Below are positions 41,745 to 53,262 of a stretch of 64,000 nucleotides of DNA, in pieces. Source of the DNA: Lytechinus pictus (lineage: Eukaryota); contig NC_087245.1 of assembly GCF_037042905.1 (NCBI RefSeq), positions 40,178,001 to 40,242,000 of the forward strand. Direction: 5' to 3'. Under the pieces are notes generated by a model. That model worked only from the letters and a program-made list of their open reading frames with translations. It had not been told where the DNA came from and did no database searches. Position numbers and translations under genes: made by a program. The stretch's first letter is position 1, and every line of letters starts with the position of its first letter.

Positions 41745-41910
41745 TTAAAAAGTTGATATTGGTTCAGTATGATGATGCTGTAAGCTATGTTTTCTGCAGA
41801 GAGTGCGAGGGGGTGCATAACTGTAAACCTCTTCCATTTCTTTGAAAATGATCATTTTTCTTTTAGTTATAACTTATTACAAATGACATGTATTTGTAGT
41901 TGATGTGACT

Positions 41911-42143
41911 GGGGGGGGGGGGTGTTTCACAAAGATTTAAGCATGACCTAGAGTCGCACTGAAATACCGAGTTGCGTACGGTATGAAAGGCTTGACCGCA
42001 TTGGTCAGATGATCGTGTCATGAGAACGCGCACTACTGTGTAGCTATCGGTAAGCTCCCGCGTTGCATATCCTGTATGCATCGGCATTTAAGTGCGACTC
42101 AAGTCATACTTAAATCTTTGTGAAACACCCCCCCCCCCCCCCC
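41911..42143. mobile_element. MITE with poly-G/poly-C-expanded ends
   Basis: G(n)TGTTTCACAAAGATTTAAG..CTTAAATCTTTGTGAAACAC(n) inverted repeat. Confidence 0.8.
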
Positions 42144-42977
42144 AGGGCTGTACAATATTTCATATTTAGGTATTGAATTATCACCTGCTGTAATGTCACA
42201 TTAATGTCACATCCCCATGATCAGTTCCTCAGGTTATATCATTTACAATAGACAGTGGGGAAGTGTTTGTTAGACATGTTTATGACCCTTTCCCTGGATC
42301 TCTTGGGATGGGTGAGAATAATTTTTTCGATTTTATACCTTTTTTCGAAATGGGATGCAGCAGATGTATGTCACAACTACGATTTGTCTTTTCTACAATA
42401 TCATGAGAAATGTGTATCATGTATCCAGTATCTTATATCTGTCAGTATTATGTATTTTTACCGGCATATGATATTACTTGTTGAAATGAACTAAGGGTAT
42501 TGATGTATGCAGTGTCTTCACCAGTCTTTATTAAGATGTTCCTGCACACACATGGAATTTTTAGATGTTGTTTAATAATGACACCATTCAAAACTGAATT
42601 TTTCTTCTGGAAAGTCCATTTTGCATTTTAACAATTTTCAACTCCAGAGATTTCACATTTTATCGTTTTGGCCTAACAATCTCCTTACTAGAGTCACTGG
42701 TTACCATGGTTTTCTATGCATTAACTTCAAACATGTAGAATCATTTTTTAACATCACTAATACATTTCATGGATTAATTTCTCTCCCTCTCTCCCATTTT
42801 CCTTCCCTTTCTTCATCCCTTTTTCCATCCCTTGAACCGGTCAATGGCCGACTGTTAATCCTATGATGTTGACAACTTACTGTAAAATCTGCCACCTGGT
42901 GTGGATAATCTCCATTTAATCCTGGTACCTCATCTCTTTACAATGCTTCCTGTAACTCCCCTTCTGGATCCTTGTAG

Positions 42978-44570
42978 AAGGAGCCAAGTTCTTACGTTAC
43001 AAGCAGCTTTCGGATTTCTCAGACACTCATAGAGGGTGTCAGCTGTAGTCCTATGTCTAAAGGAACTAGTGATGATCATTCACTTTTGGAAACATTTGCA
43101 CCGAGTCCTTTTAGAGAGAAGTTGCATCAAGAGGACGAAAGTGATAACTCTCTTGTGAAAGGAGGAGGAAACCCTCACCCTTCCTACCACAATCCCGGGC
43201 CTTCTCTTGAGAATCCTAGTCAACAAAACCCTGGTACCCCTGAGCACAGTCCAGAGCATCTCCTTCAAGGGTCAGGAAAAGAAAATCCCCATCCGCAACA
43301 GAACCCTTTGCCCCAAGTCCAGCATAATCCAGTCAGTCATGAAGATTGCAATCCTGGAAATCCCAGTGGCCACAATCCTGGAAATCCCAGTGGCCACAAT
43401 CCTGGAAATCCCAGTGGCCACAATCCTGGAAATCCCAGTGGCCACAATCCTGGAAATCCCAGTGGCCACAATCCTGGAAATCCCAGTGGCCACAATCCTG
43501 AAAATCCCAGTGGCCACAATCCTGGAAATCCCAGTGGTCACAATCCTGGAAACCCCAGTGGCCATAGTCCTAGAAATCCTAGCAGTCATAATCCTGGAAA
43601 TCCTGATGGTCATAACCCTGGAAATCCCAGTAGTCATAATCCTGGAAACCCTGATGGCCACAACCCTGGCAATCCCAGTAGACATAATCCTGGAAATACT
43701 AGCTGTCACAATCCTGGAAGTCCTAAAGACAACCTCCCTCAAACTCCAGTTGGCCATAATCCTGAAAATCCTGACCATCCCATGAAACACAATCCTGGAA
43801 GTCCCACAGTCCACAATCCTGGAAATCCCAAAGACCACAATCCCGGAAGCCCCAAAGGCCACAATCCCAGAAGCCCTAAAGGCCACAACCCTGGAAGCCC
43901 TAAAGACCACAATCCTGGAAATCCCAAAGACCATGGTCCTAAGTCACAAGGAATAGAAAACCCTCATCCAAAAGAAGAGGAAACACAAGCAAGTTCCAGT
44001 CCTCACCATGTGAAATCCCCAGGCCCGTTTGACAAGCCCAACCCATTCCTTAATCCTGCTGGAAAGCCTAATCCATTCAGGGACTCTACAAGTCCTGTCT
44101 CCTATACAGACACGCGACCTAAGTACAAACCAATCACTTCTCCCATTAAAAGTCCTGTTACATCTCCAAAACCGAAGCAGTACCCTGACATTCCCCCAAA
44201 GCGTCGTCCACTTTCCCCGAAATCCCCTAGTTCGGAACATTCTTCAGATGATGAGGAAATAGCAAAGGCTAAAGCAAGTTTAGAAGCTCGGTCAGAAGTC
44301 CTCAAATTTAATAGGGTTAAGGGTCGCGACACCAGCCGCTTCCAAGCCAATCCATTCTTTCAGCAGCAGCAGCAACAAAAGCCAACTGCTCCTGAAGTGA
44401 AGACAAAAACCCTGACACAGCTGCTGTCTTCCCAGAAGGTTGTTTCAAAGGCCAAAGTTGCGTCACCTCCGCCACCCATCTCGAGCTCACCGCCTTCCTT
44501 CAGCCCTGTAAAGTCTCCCCTCTCACCTGAGGTATCCTATATAAATCCAGAGACCACATTGACATCATCA
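42978..44570 (+). CDS. scrib: giant scrib exon (531 codons) with HNPGNPSG repeats and a Pro/Ser-rich low-complexity region
   Basis: ttgtag acceptor (tag-aag-gag tandem), gtgagt donor at 44571, stop-free for 1593 nt in phase 0/0; corresponds to ORF 43053..44666. Confidence 0.8.
43348..43940 (+). repeat. coding 24-bp tandem repeat (CACAATCCTGGAAATCCCAGTGGC), about 24 units
   Basis: Directly visible; 5' units are near-identical and 3' units diverge while keeping the frame. Confidence 0.95.
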
Positions 44571-45810
44571 GTGAGTCTTGTCTCGACAGCATCATGCCTT
44601 TCCTCTTCTCAGTGTAACCCTACACTCCGACTCCTTTATTCATCCTCAGTATTTGCTTGCTTTTGATATCATCATCCAGACTCTTCTATATAGCTCTTGT
44701 GCTGTAACCATGGGCCCAGTTGAGGTCCTCCACATGTTCAGTTCACCCATTCACAGATTGTCATTTTATTTTTCATTCTTCCATAGAACCATATAGTCTG
44801 AACTCGTATGATTTAATCTTCTGTCTAGTTGTGACATGTGAATGTAATTGGTTAAATTATTTGACCTTGTGAACAAAACAGTATCTATCCCTTCTGATAG
44901 TTCAGTTCTTTTCATTTCCTGCTTCTGTGGATAACAAACATGCCTCATTCAATGTATGGAAAGTTCTCTCAAAACCAGGGATATCTTCAAGTACTCAAAT
45001 ACTTGATATCATCCATAAAATTAACAATTTTTCCTTGGCATCCTTCACTTTTGTGCAAATCATTTTGGAAGAGGCATTTTGGTTCCACAAAAGCAATTGA
45101 TATTTCATTTTCATTTTGATATGTTTTCTGCAATTAATTTTTTAAATCATATATTAGAAGTTGAAAGGGTTTTGACTCTGTCAAAAAATTACATATCTGG
45201 AAGCCTTTCTACTTCAATTAGATGATACCCTGACCTTTTACACTATACCAGCACTTTTTGTTATGAGCACACACTGCCTCTTAGTTTTCTTTCACTTTTC
45301 TGAGATAGTTCCCTCATAAATCATACCAGCACACTCTGTTGATGTCAAGTTCACTCATTTAAGTAATCTTTCTATATTGCTAGTAGACTGCACCTGATCT
45401 TGAGTTACCTTATCACATTTGTTTATCACAGTGATTCTACCTAACCCTTGTTTGACAAGATTGTGTAATTTCTGTTTCATTGTCAGAATTACTTTAATTT
45501 TTATTTATTACTAGTTCATTCATAACCTTCAGTGTAACTACCTGACCCCTGTTTGACGAGATTGTGTCATTCTTGTTTCATTGAATTACTTTAATTTCTA
45601 TTTATTACTAGTTCATAACCTTCATTGTATCATCATTACCCCTATTCCTATCATCATCACCTTCATCATTTTTCATCAACGTTTCTGTTCATTCCTTATT
45701 GTGTTGCATCGTTTTTCTGAAGGGCAATTTAGTGAAATTTGTTCTGTTCAAAAATTTATTCAAGGAATAAATTTGTGTGATCCAAGATTAAGATGAACAT
45801 TGCAAATTGA

Positions 45811-46790
45811 TTTTTGTCTCACCTGCATAGCAGAGTGAGACTATAGGCGCCGCTTTTCCGACGGCGACGGCGACGGCGGCGGCGACGGCGGCGGCGACGG
45901 CGGCGTCAACACCAAATCTTAACCTGAGGTTAAGTTTTTGAAATGACAGCATAACTTAGAAAGTATATGGACCTAGTTCATGAAACTTGGCCATAAGGTT
46001 AATCAAGTATTACTGAACATCCTGCCTGAGTTTCATGTCACATGACCAAGGTCAAAGGTCATTTAGGGTCAATGAACTTAGACCATGTTGGGGGAATCAA
46101 CATCAAAATCTTAACCTAAGGTTAAGTTTTTGAAATGTCATCATAACTTAGAAAATATATGGACCTAGTTCATGAAACTTATACATAAGGTTAATCAAGT
46201 ATCACTGAACATCCTGCATGAGTTTCACGTCACATGACCAAGGTCAAAGGTCATTTAGGGTCAATGAACTTTGGCCGAATTGGGGGTATCTGTTGAATTA
46301 CCATCATAACTTTGAAAGTTTATGGATCTGATTCATGAAACTTGGACATAATAGTAATCAAGTATTACTGAACATCCTGTGCAAGTTTCAGGTCACATGA
46401 TCAAGGTCAAAGGTCATTTAGGGTCAATGAACTTTGGCCAAATTGGGTTTTTTGTTGAATTACAGCCATAAATTTGAAAGTGTGTTGGTCTAGTTCATAA
46501 AACTTGGACATAATAGTAATCAAGTATCACTGAACATCCTGTGCGAGTTTCAGGTCACATGATCAAGGTCAAAGGTCATGTAAGGTCAAAGAACTTTGGC
46601 CACGTTGGGGGTATTTGTTGAATTGCCATCATATCTCTATAAGTGTATTGGTCTAGTTCATAAAACGTGGAAATAAGAGTAACCAAGTATCACTGAACAT
46701 CTTGTGCGAGTTATAGTAGTTTTCAAAATCAGCACTGCTGCTATATTGAATCGCGTGATGCAGGTGAGACGGCCAGAGGCATTCCACTTG
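45811..46790 (+). mobile_element. Helentron-associated (HINE/DINE-1-like) non-autonomous element
   Basis: Sub-terminal IR GTCTCACCTGCAT (45816) / ATGCAGGTGAGAC (46758-46770), 5' partial IR, (GGC/GAC)n microsatellite, about 5 internal 162-191-bp tandem units, T-run flanks, no TSD. Confidence 0.8.
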
Positions 46791-48454
46791 TTTCTGGTTG
46801 GTGGTATTCTGACCCTATCAAGTGGCTTTTTACCTATATTTTTTTTAAATTTTGAATGAAATTAAGGGACAAAGGTTTTGTCGAACAAGCCACATTTTAC
46901 ATAATTTCCCTGGAGTAACTGCACAACTATGATGATACCATCCTTACCTTATATTCACAAAGGTATTTCAAGACAAATCATGGTTCGAAATGAGTGGTTT
47001 GATTATGGAAAGCCAAATGTGGCAAAATCATTTTCTTACAGTATTATTCCATCCAGCATCGTTCCTGTAAACTCAAACTCTGAAAACAAATTGGGATATA
47101 AATGGTTGTGTCTGTTACAGAATTCCAGAAATAATGGTAAATTTATGACATTTGGCTGCAGATCCCTAAGCCACTGGTTTTAAAACCCCAGTCTGGTTGA
47201 ACTCGGAACACTCTTGTGAATATATGTCAGTCTAATATAGAAGACTGTTATATAAAACCCAATATGACACCTATGGAATATTTTACCAATGATTTGACAG
47301 TGACATTCCTCTCAATAACCCTTTTTTCACTTTCTAGTATGCACCTCAAACTATGTCTCTACTTTTTCCCCCACAAATTGATGTGATATTTCATTTGAGT
47401 GTAAATCATAGTGAATTTGTGACAAGTGATATTCTAGGCTTTTACCTCTACATCTTTCCAATTCTTTTTATGCAGTGGCCTTATTTGCACAATTGAGGTC
47501 ACTTTGCCCCCCCCCCTAAATAAAAATAATAATGATAATAATAAATAAATGAAAAATGACAGTGGGCCTTACTATAACATCATGACTTTATTTAAAATAC
47601 AAAATTGCCCGAATTTGCATCTTATAATAGCTATTGGCTTGCTGAAATAGATGAATGCATTATCAGTGTATCATAGTATGATGCCACCAATTCTCATTTC
47701 ATTGTACTTTACTGTTGATTTACACACATTTCATTAAAATTAAATGCAATTTTTTCTTCAATACACTTGTATCTCCTTTGTGCAAACTTGGCTTCTTGAT
47801 TTCTTACATTTTTGATGTGTATGGAACTAAGTTTGACTTTGTAATATAAAGTCTTTTTGTGTCAATCCTTGTGATCGTGTATACCAAGTTTTACTTCTAT
47901 AGTCTTTTATCTTTTTCCTGTGACAATGTACTATCCAGTCAGTTGTGTTCAACTCTTTACTTTTATTTGATACCTACAGTATATACTGTACCTTCAACTT
48001 GAATTCCTAGTATGAATGAATATTCATGAAATTGTTCAAAGCTTGTTGACTTGTAAATCTTTGTATAGCAAATCTCTTCTTTATTGGATATTTGAAAGTG
48101 GTTTATCCACTGTGGAATTGCAGTAGCATGATTTTAGTTCAATACAAAAATATATCTTCATCCTACTTTAGTATTTTTACTATAGGGTGTATTTTCAAAA
48201 ATTAAGAATTCTGGTTTTATTTGTATTCAAAATTTTTGTGAATATTCAACATCATTTAAATTCTATAATTTTGACCCCTTTCAACTACAATTCCAACCTG
48301 ATGTCTATATGAAAAATATATATGTTTAAAAAAGAAACCACATTCTTTTTGTGTGTATTAGTGTATGCTACATTTGATGTATAGCATGTAACTTCTTTTG
48401 TTTATTTTCATTTGAAATGAATTTGTCTTTCTTTGTCAAAATTTGATTTACAAG

Positions 48455-48478
48455 CCCACACCTCCAGAAGATGAAAAG
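48455..48478 (+). CDS. scrib: candidate 24-nt microexon (PTPPEDEK)
   Basis: U-rich tract with a weak AAG acceptor, AAG|gtacta donor, frame-preserving. Confidence 0.4.
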
Positions 48479-49097
48479 GTACTATGGCCATGTAGAAATT
48501 AAAAAAAAAATCAGGTTTTCCCTTGTATGTTGGGAAAAAGAATTATTCAGTTGAAAAAGTTTATATTGGGTAAGAAAATTGTTCAGAATTTGTATGAGGG
48601 GAAGAGTCGATAGAGTGGGTATTTCATTACCTATTTGCTGAAGTCCAGTGCGATTTCACATTAATATTGGAGTTACTACCTTTTAGAACTTATTGAACCT
48701 GTCCATCTTGTTGATTTATATCCAACACATTAAACAGTGGAAATATCATTTTGTCATTATTTTCACCATTGAATTCAATCACATACTTTGCATGCAAGGA
48801 TTTTTTTAAATGATGAACCAATATGACATGAGAATTTTAGGAGTATCTCAAGGCTAGAATAAAACACAAGAAATGCATTATTACGCTTTAAAACTAGTTA
48901 CACTTGAGTCACCATATCCCTGTAGCATGAAGCTTAGTGATTGTTTGTGAGAGTTTATTTCTACGATTGATTGCATTGATTATTACATACATTCAATCAT
49001 AAAAGTCAGCTCTACAATTAATCGCTAGGCATTATGATACAGGGCCCAGTTTATTATTTGATAGCTACACGTGACCTGCTACTCTGAGCATTTATAA

Positions 49098-49528
49098 TGC
49101 CCCCATCACACTTATTCGGAATCAGCAGGAATCAAGCAGAAGCCTGAAAGAATAAAATATTCAAAAAATCTAAAAAAATTTGGGAGGAACTTATGAATTC
49201 ACCAAACTGGAGTTAAAATTCAGTAAATTGACCATGTGTATCATCATACACTAGTCAAAATGAACCGCAATGGAGTCAGATTGATAATTCGTGCTACGTT
49301 CTCGGACATTCTAGGGGCATTCTAAATATCCTGACTGCATTCTGAGTGCATTCGAAATATTTTTGTCATTTCTTTTGGCCGTCCCGAAGGTTTTGGTCAT
49401 GTTCAAAACATTCGAGGGATATTTTCGAACGGTGTTCGAAGTAGATTTAAATGACCAACTGGTGGTCAAACAATAGTCCTTTCATTCAGGCCAATTCTGC
49501 TTGATTCGGAATAAGTGTGATGGGGGCT
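49098..49528. mobile_element. Harbinger-like MITE (GCCCCCATCACACTTATTC TIR)
   Basis: TIRs, TAA TSD. Confidence 0.8.
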
Positions 49529-50359
49529 TAAGCAAGATTTTATCATCGAATGCACCAAGAACTAAGAATGCCTCACATTGCTATAAACAATCAATTTTAT
49601 ACCATTTTGAATTGTACGAGTGGTACGTATGTATGTATATTAGTTGACACTCACATCATAATGCGCTTGCCAATATCATCTTCACAATCATCTTTTCACA
49701 AATTACTAGTCTGTTATTACAACTGCAGTGCCTTGCCGGTTCACTTGTATGATGTGCACACTTATTCGGAGCGGCTGTTACATGCATCAAGCTAGGAATG
49801 AATCACCATATGCATTTGCTCTGCATTTAACATGTATCATTTGGCATCATGATAAAACTGCAAGGAGGGTTCATGCAAAGAGCCATCAAGTTAAACTTTT
49901 CTTTGATTGTATATTATTAATGTAAGTTAAGGAACATTACTCGTATGCAATAGCCTTTGTCGTTATATTGCGTAGATTCTGTGCGCATAATATGACACAA
50001 CAAACATGCAAGCTTTGGTTTTGAATGGCACTGCAATGTGCTTGTGAGAACTTCAATATGAGCTGTATAGAATATCTCAGCACATCTTATTCATTAATTG
50101 ATGTACTTCTTCCTCACGTACCGGTATTTGGGTATGCAATTGGCAGTGGTTGAAAGTTCCCTTAAAGGCCACACTGGCCACCAAAGTTCAGTTTGGGAGT
50201 ACATGATTTATCAAAGCGATGTCGCGCATAGAGTACTGGGACTCCTGCATGCTAGCTAGCTCACCCCCCCCCCCACGATCACAGGAATCAAGTGTTCACT
50301 CTGTGCTTGATGTATGCTGTGAATAACGCTTTGTTTTACGTTTTCTTTCCTCTTGATAG

Positions 50360-50462
50360 CCTGCGTCGGACGGTCCAGAGCCCTCAAAACTAGCCTTCAA
50401 AGACAAGTGGAAACGGTTTGAACAACAGATCGATGAGCAGTCGCATTCTACACCTAAGACAA
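50360..50462 (+). CDS. scrib: scrib exon (PASDGPEPSKLAFKDKWKRFEQQIDEQSHSTPKT)
   Basis: tgatag acceptor, gtaagt donor, 103 nt, phase 0/1; resembles the Scribble PEQLSFRERQKYFE motif. Confidence 0.9.
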
Positions 50463-51205
50463 GTAAGTTCAAGGAGAGTCTGAATTCATTCCTCATCACA
50501 GAATTGATGTCTACAGATGATTCTGCCGGAGTCAAATTTCTTGGGACCATACCAATTCATTTGACGGAGGCAAAAATTTGACTTTGAAGATGTCATCAAC
50601 ACATTTTTTGCATATTCTTGCATGAAATAATGCTTCAAGTTTGGTCATTATTTGATTTCTGGAAGGTCGACTTATCCAGAGTCTTAACGTGTATCTCTTC
50701 ATAGAGAACTCCAACCATGAAATTCAGGGATTTCTTCAATAATATAAAAAAGTGAACTTGATCCCATGGCATTAAAATGTATTATTGTAACTTTGCTATC
50801 CAATGAAAACTTCTCTAGAATATTTGGTTTGATTGGCTAATTGAACATTGCTACCATGGTAGTTACCACTGCATGAAAATGTTACCATTAGAGTAAAATT
50901 TATCATGTTTATATTAATATTCATAGTAGTTTTTATTAGAGCTTGCCTTAGTCTGGCCAAAACTGCCTTTACATGAATTAAATCTGTGGAATGAGTTTCT
51001 TAGTAAATGAGGAAAATGTGTCATTGTATTAAGTGGAAATATACAGAATTAAAAAAAAATCAGGGTTGCTTCCTTTTGTCATGGGATGGCAAAAATAAGT
51101 TGAATACCTCATGTGTCTATTCTGATGCATTGAGGGTATTATTCATCTCCAGGGATACCTCTAATTGTGACCTTTCTTTATTATTGTTGCCTTGTTTTTA
51201 TCCAG

Positions 51206-51350
51206 ATACCAAGAAAGTATCTCTAGTCAGTGATCAAGACCTTCAGAAGATCAAAGAGGATGAACAGAAGAAGGTATCAACGATGTCACCTGATGATCTT
51301 CTGAACTACTCACAGGGTGGCCTAGATGAGAATAATACATTCAATGCCAG
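51206..51350 (+). CDS. scrib: scrib exon (NTKKVSLVSDQDLQKIKEDEQKKV...NTFNA)
   Basis: atccag acceptor, gtaggt donor, 145 nt, phase 1/2; resembles KRVSLVGADDLRKMQEEE. Confidence 0.92.
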
Positions 51351-51410
51351 GTAGGTGCTTCCATTGGTGTATCAAGGTGTATTCCTTGGTTTATGATCAG
51401 GTGTTTTCTT

Positions 51411-51485
<75 letters not shown>

Positions 51486-51642
51486 CATGTATATATATAC
51501 GTAAGGTATCAACGATGTCACCTGATGATCTTCTGAACTACTCACAGGGTGGCCTAGATGAGAATAATACATTCAATGCCAGGTAGGTGCTTCCATTGGT
51601 GTATCAAGGTGTATTCCTTGGTTTATGATCAGGTGTTTTCTT

Positions 51643-51679
<37 letters not shown>

Positions 51680-51815
51680 CATGTATATATATATACGTAA
51701 GGTATCAACGATGTCACCTGATGATCTTCTGAACTACTCACAGGGTGGCCTAGATGAGAATAATACATTCAATGCCAGGTAGGTGTTCTATTGGTGTATC
51801 AAGGTGTATTCTCAG
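51271..51815 (+). repeat. tandem triplication of an exon 3' half, donor and (TA)n (units start 51271, 51503, 51699)
   Basis: Identical AAGGTATCAACG...GCCAGGTAGGTG blocks; units differ only in TA length. Confidence 0.95.
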
Positions 51816-51879
51816 GTGTTTTCTTTATATCTATATGTTTATTCATTGGTGTATGCTTTGGTGTTTATTTTTGTGTAGT

Positions 51880-52002
51880 GATGGTGGTGGTGTTGATGAT
51901 GATGATGATGGTGATATTTGGTGGTGGTGGTTGTGGTGATGATGGTGACGGTGATGATGACGACGATGATGATGATGATGGTGATGGCGATGATGATGAT
52001 GG

Positions 52003-52036
<34 letters not shown>

Positions 52037-52076
52037 GAAGAAGAATAATAGATGATGATGACGATGGTGATGATAT

Positions 52077-52110
<34 letters not shown>

Positions 52111-52240
52111 GAAGAATAATAGATGATGATGACGATGGTGATGATATTGATGATGATGATAATGGTGACGGTGATGATGACGACGATGATGATGACGATG
52201 ATGGTGGTGGTGGTGGTGGATGATAATGATGATGATGCTG
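51880..52240. repeat. (GAT/GGT)n microsatellite with an internal duplication
   Basis: Directly visible. Confidence 0.92.
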
Positions 52241-52306
52241 GTGCAATCATAATTATATGTCAGTGTGTTGATAATGATCAGGAAATTAATCTTTTCTCCT
52301 ATACAG

Positions 52307-52414
52307 TATATCAATTAGTCCCATTGGTGCAAAGAAAGATAACAACTCTGAATTAACAGCATCGGAGCTCAGGTCAAGAGAAGCTGACGTGAAAGCATTG
52401 TTAAGAGCTGCAAG
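52307..52414 (+). CDS. scrib: scrib exon (SISISPIG...ELTASELRSREADVKALLRAAR)
   Basis: atacag acceptor, gttagt donor, 108 nt, phase 2/2; resembles LSPAELRALEAEKRALWRAAR. Confidence 0.9.
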
Positions 52415-52968
52415 GTTAGTTGAAGAAACATGGGGTTGGTATGACAATAATGACGACTGAGTTAACATCAGGTTTAAACATAATTGCCAGTTTAAGCAAT
52501 CTGAAAATGAGTTTGAACAGGATCCACAATGACTACCAAAATGGTTTCATTTATGAGTAAATAGATATTCTGAAAAAGAGTTTGTAATTGCTGAGAAATG
52601 GACATTATCCTATGAATTTTTGTTTAAAAAAAAAAATTAATCCTGGTGTGAAAACTCGGTCCAAAGCTTAATTTTCGAATGAAATAAGAAGGAAATGATA
52701 ATACAGTGTTCAAATATTTCAATGGGTTATTTGGTCCAATGTCTTTGACATGAATATTGAAAATGGATATGAATCTTAGCATTCCATAGAAGTCTTATCC
52801 CCCCATCATGTTTGAATTGCTCATCTCACTTTTCCTTACTTTTCATTTTATTCTACTTATCTCCGTTTCGTTTATCTAAATATTATGAAGTTCATGATTG
52901 CACAAAAATATATTTGTATGAATACGGTATAGGGATGAGCCAATGATTCTTTGTCTGTTTTTCCTTAG

Positions 52969-53060
52969 GATAAAAGCGCTAGAAGACGATGCATTACAAG
53001 CTGAAAGGGTGCTTCATAAAACACAAGAAATCAACAAACTGAAATCACCAGAATCACAAG
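52969..53060 (+). CDS. scrib: scrib exon (IKALEDDALQAERVLHKTQEINKLKSPESQ)
   Basis: ccttag acceptor, gtatgc donor, 92 nt, phase 2/1; resembles MKSLEQDALRAQMVL. Confidence 0.92.
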
Positions 53061-53262
53061 GTATGCCAATTTCAGTTTGTTCTTAAAGTAGTTTTAGTTT
53101 GTTCGTTTTGTGGGTTGTTCTAGACCAGTACATAATCGATTTAACAACTTTCTTGATATAGCAATGTCCTTTAGCCAATGAAAATTACCTTATAGCTGGT
53201 TATATCACTATCAGTTTGAGATAAAAGCACCTTTTTATCTTTACCAGGAATCAGATCTCCTG

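Noticed and set aside
43080..44350. Alternative-frame and antisense ORFs over the giant exon
   Set aside because: By-products of the 24-bp repeat; only the HNPG frame is open across the whole exon and in phase with its neighbours
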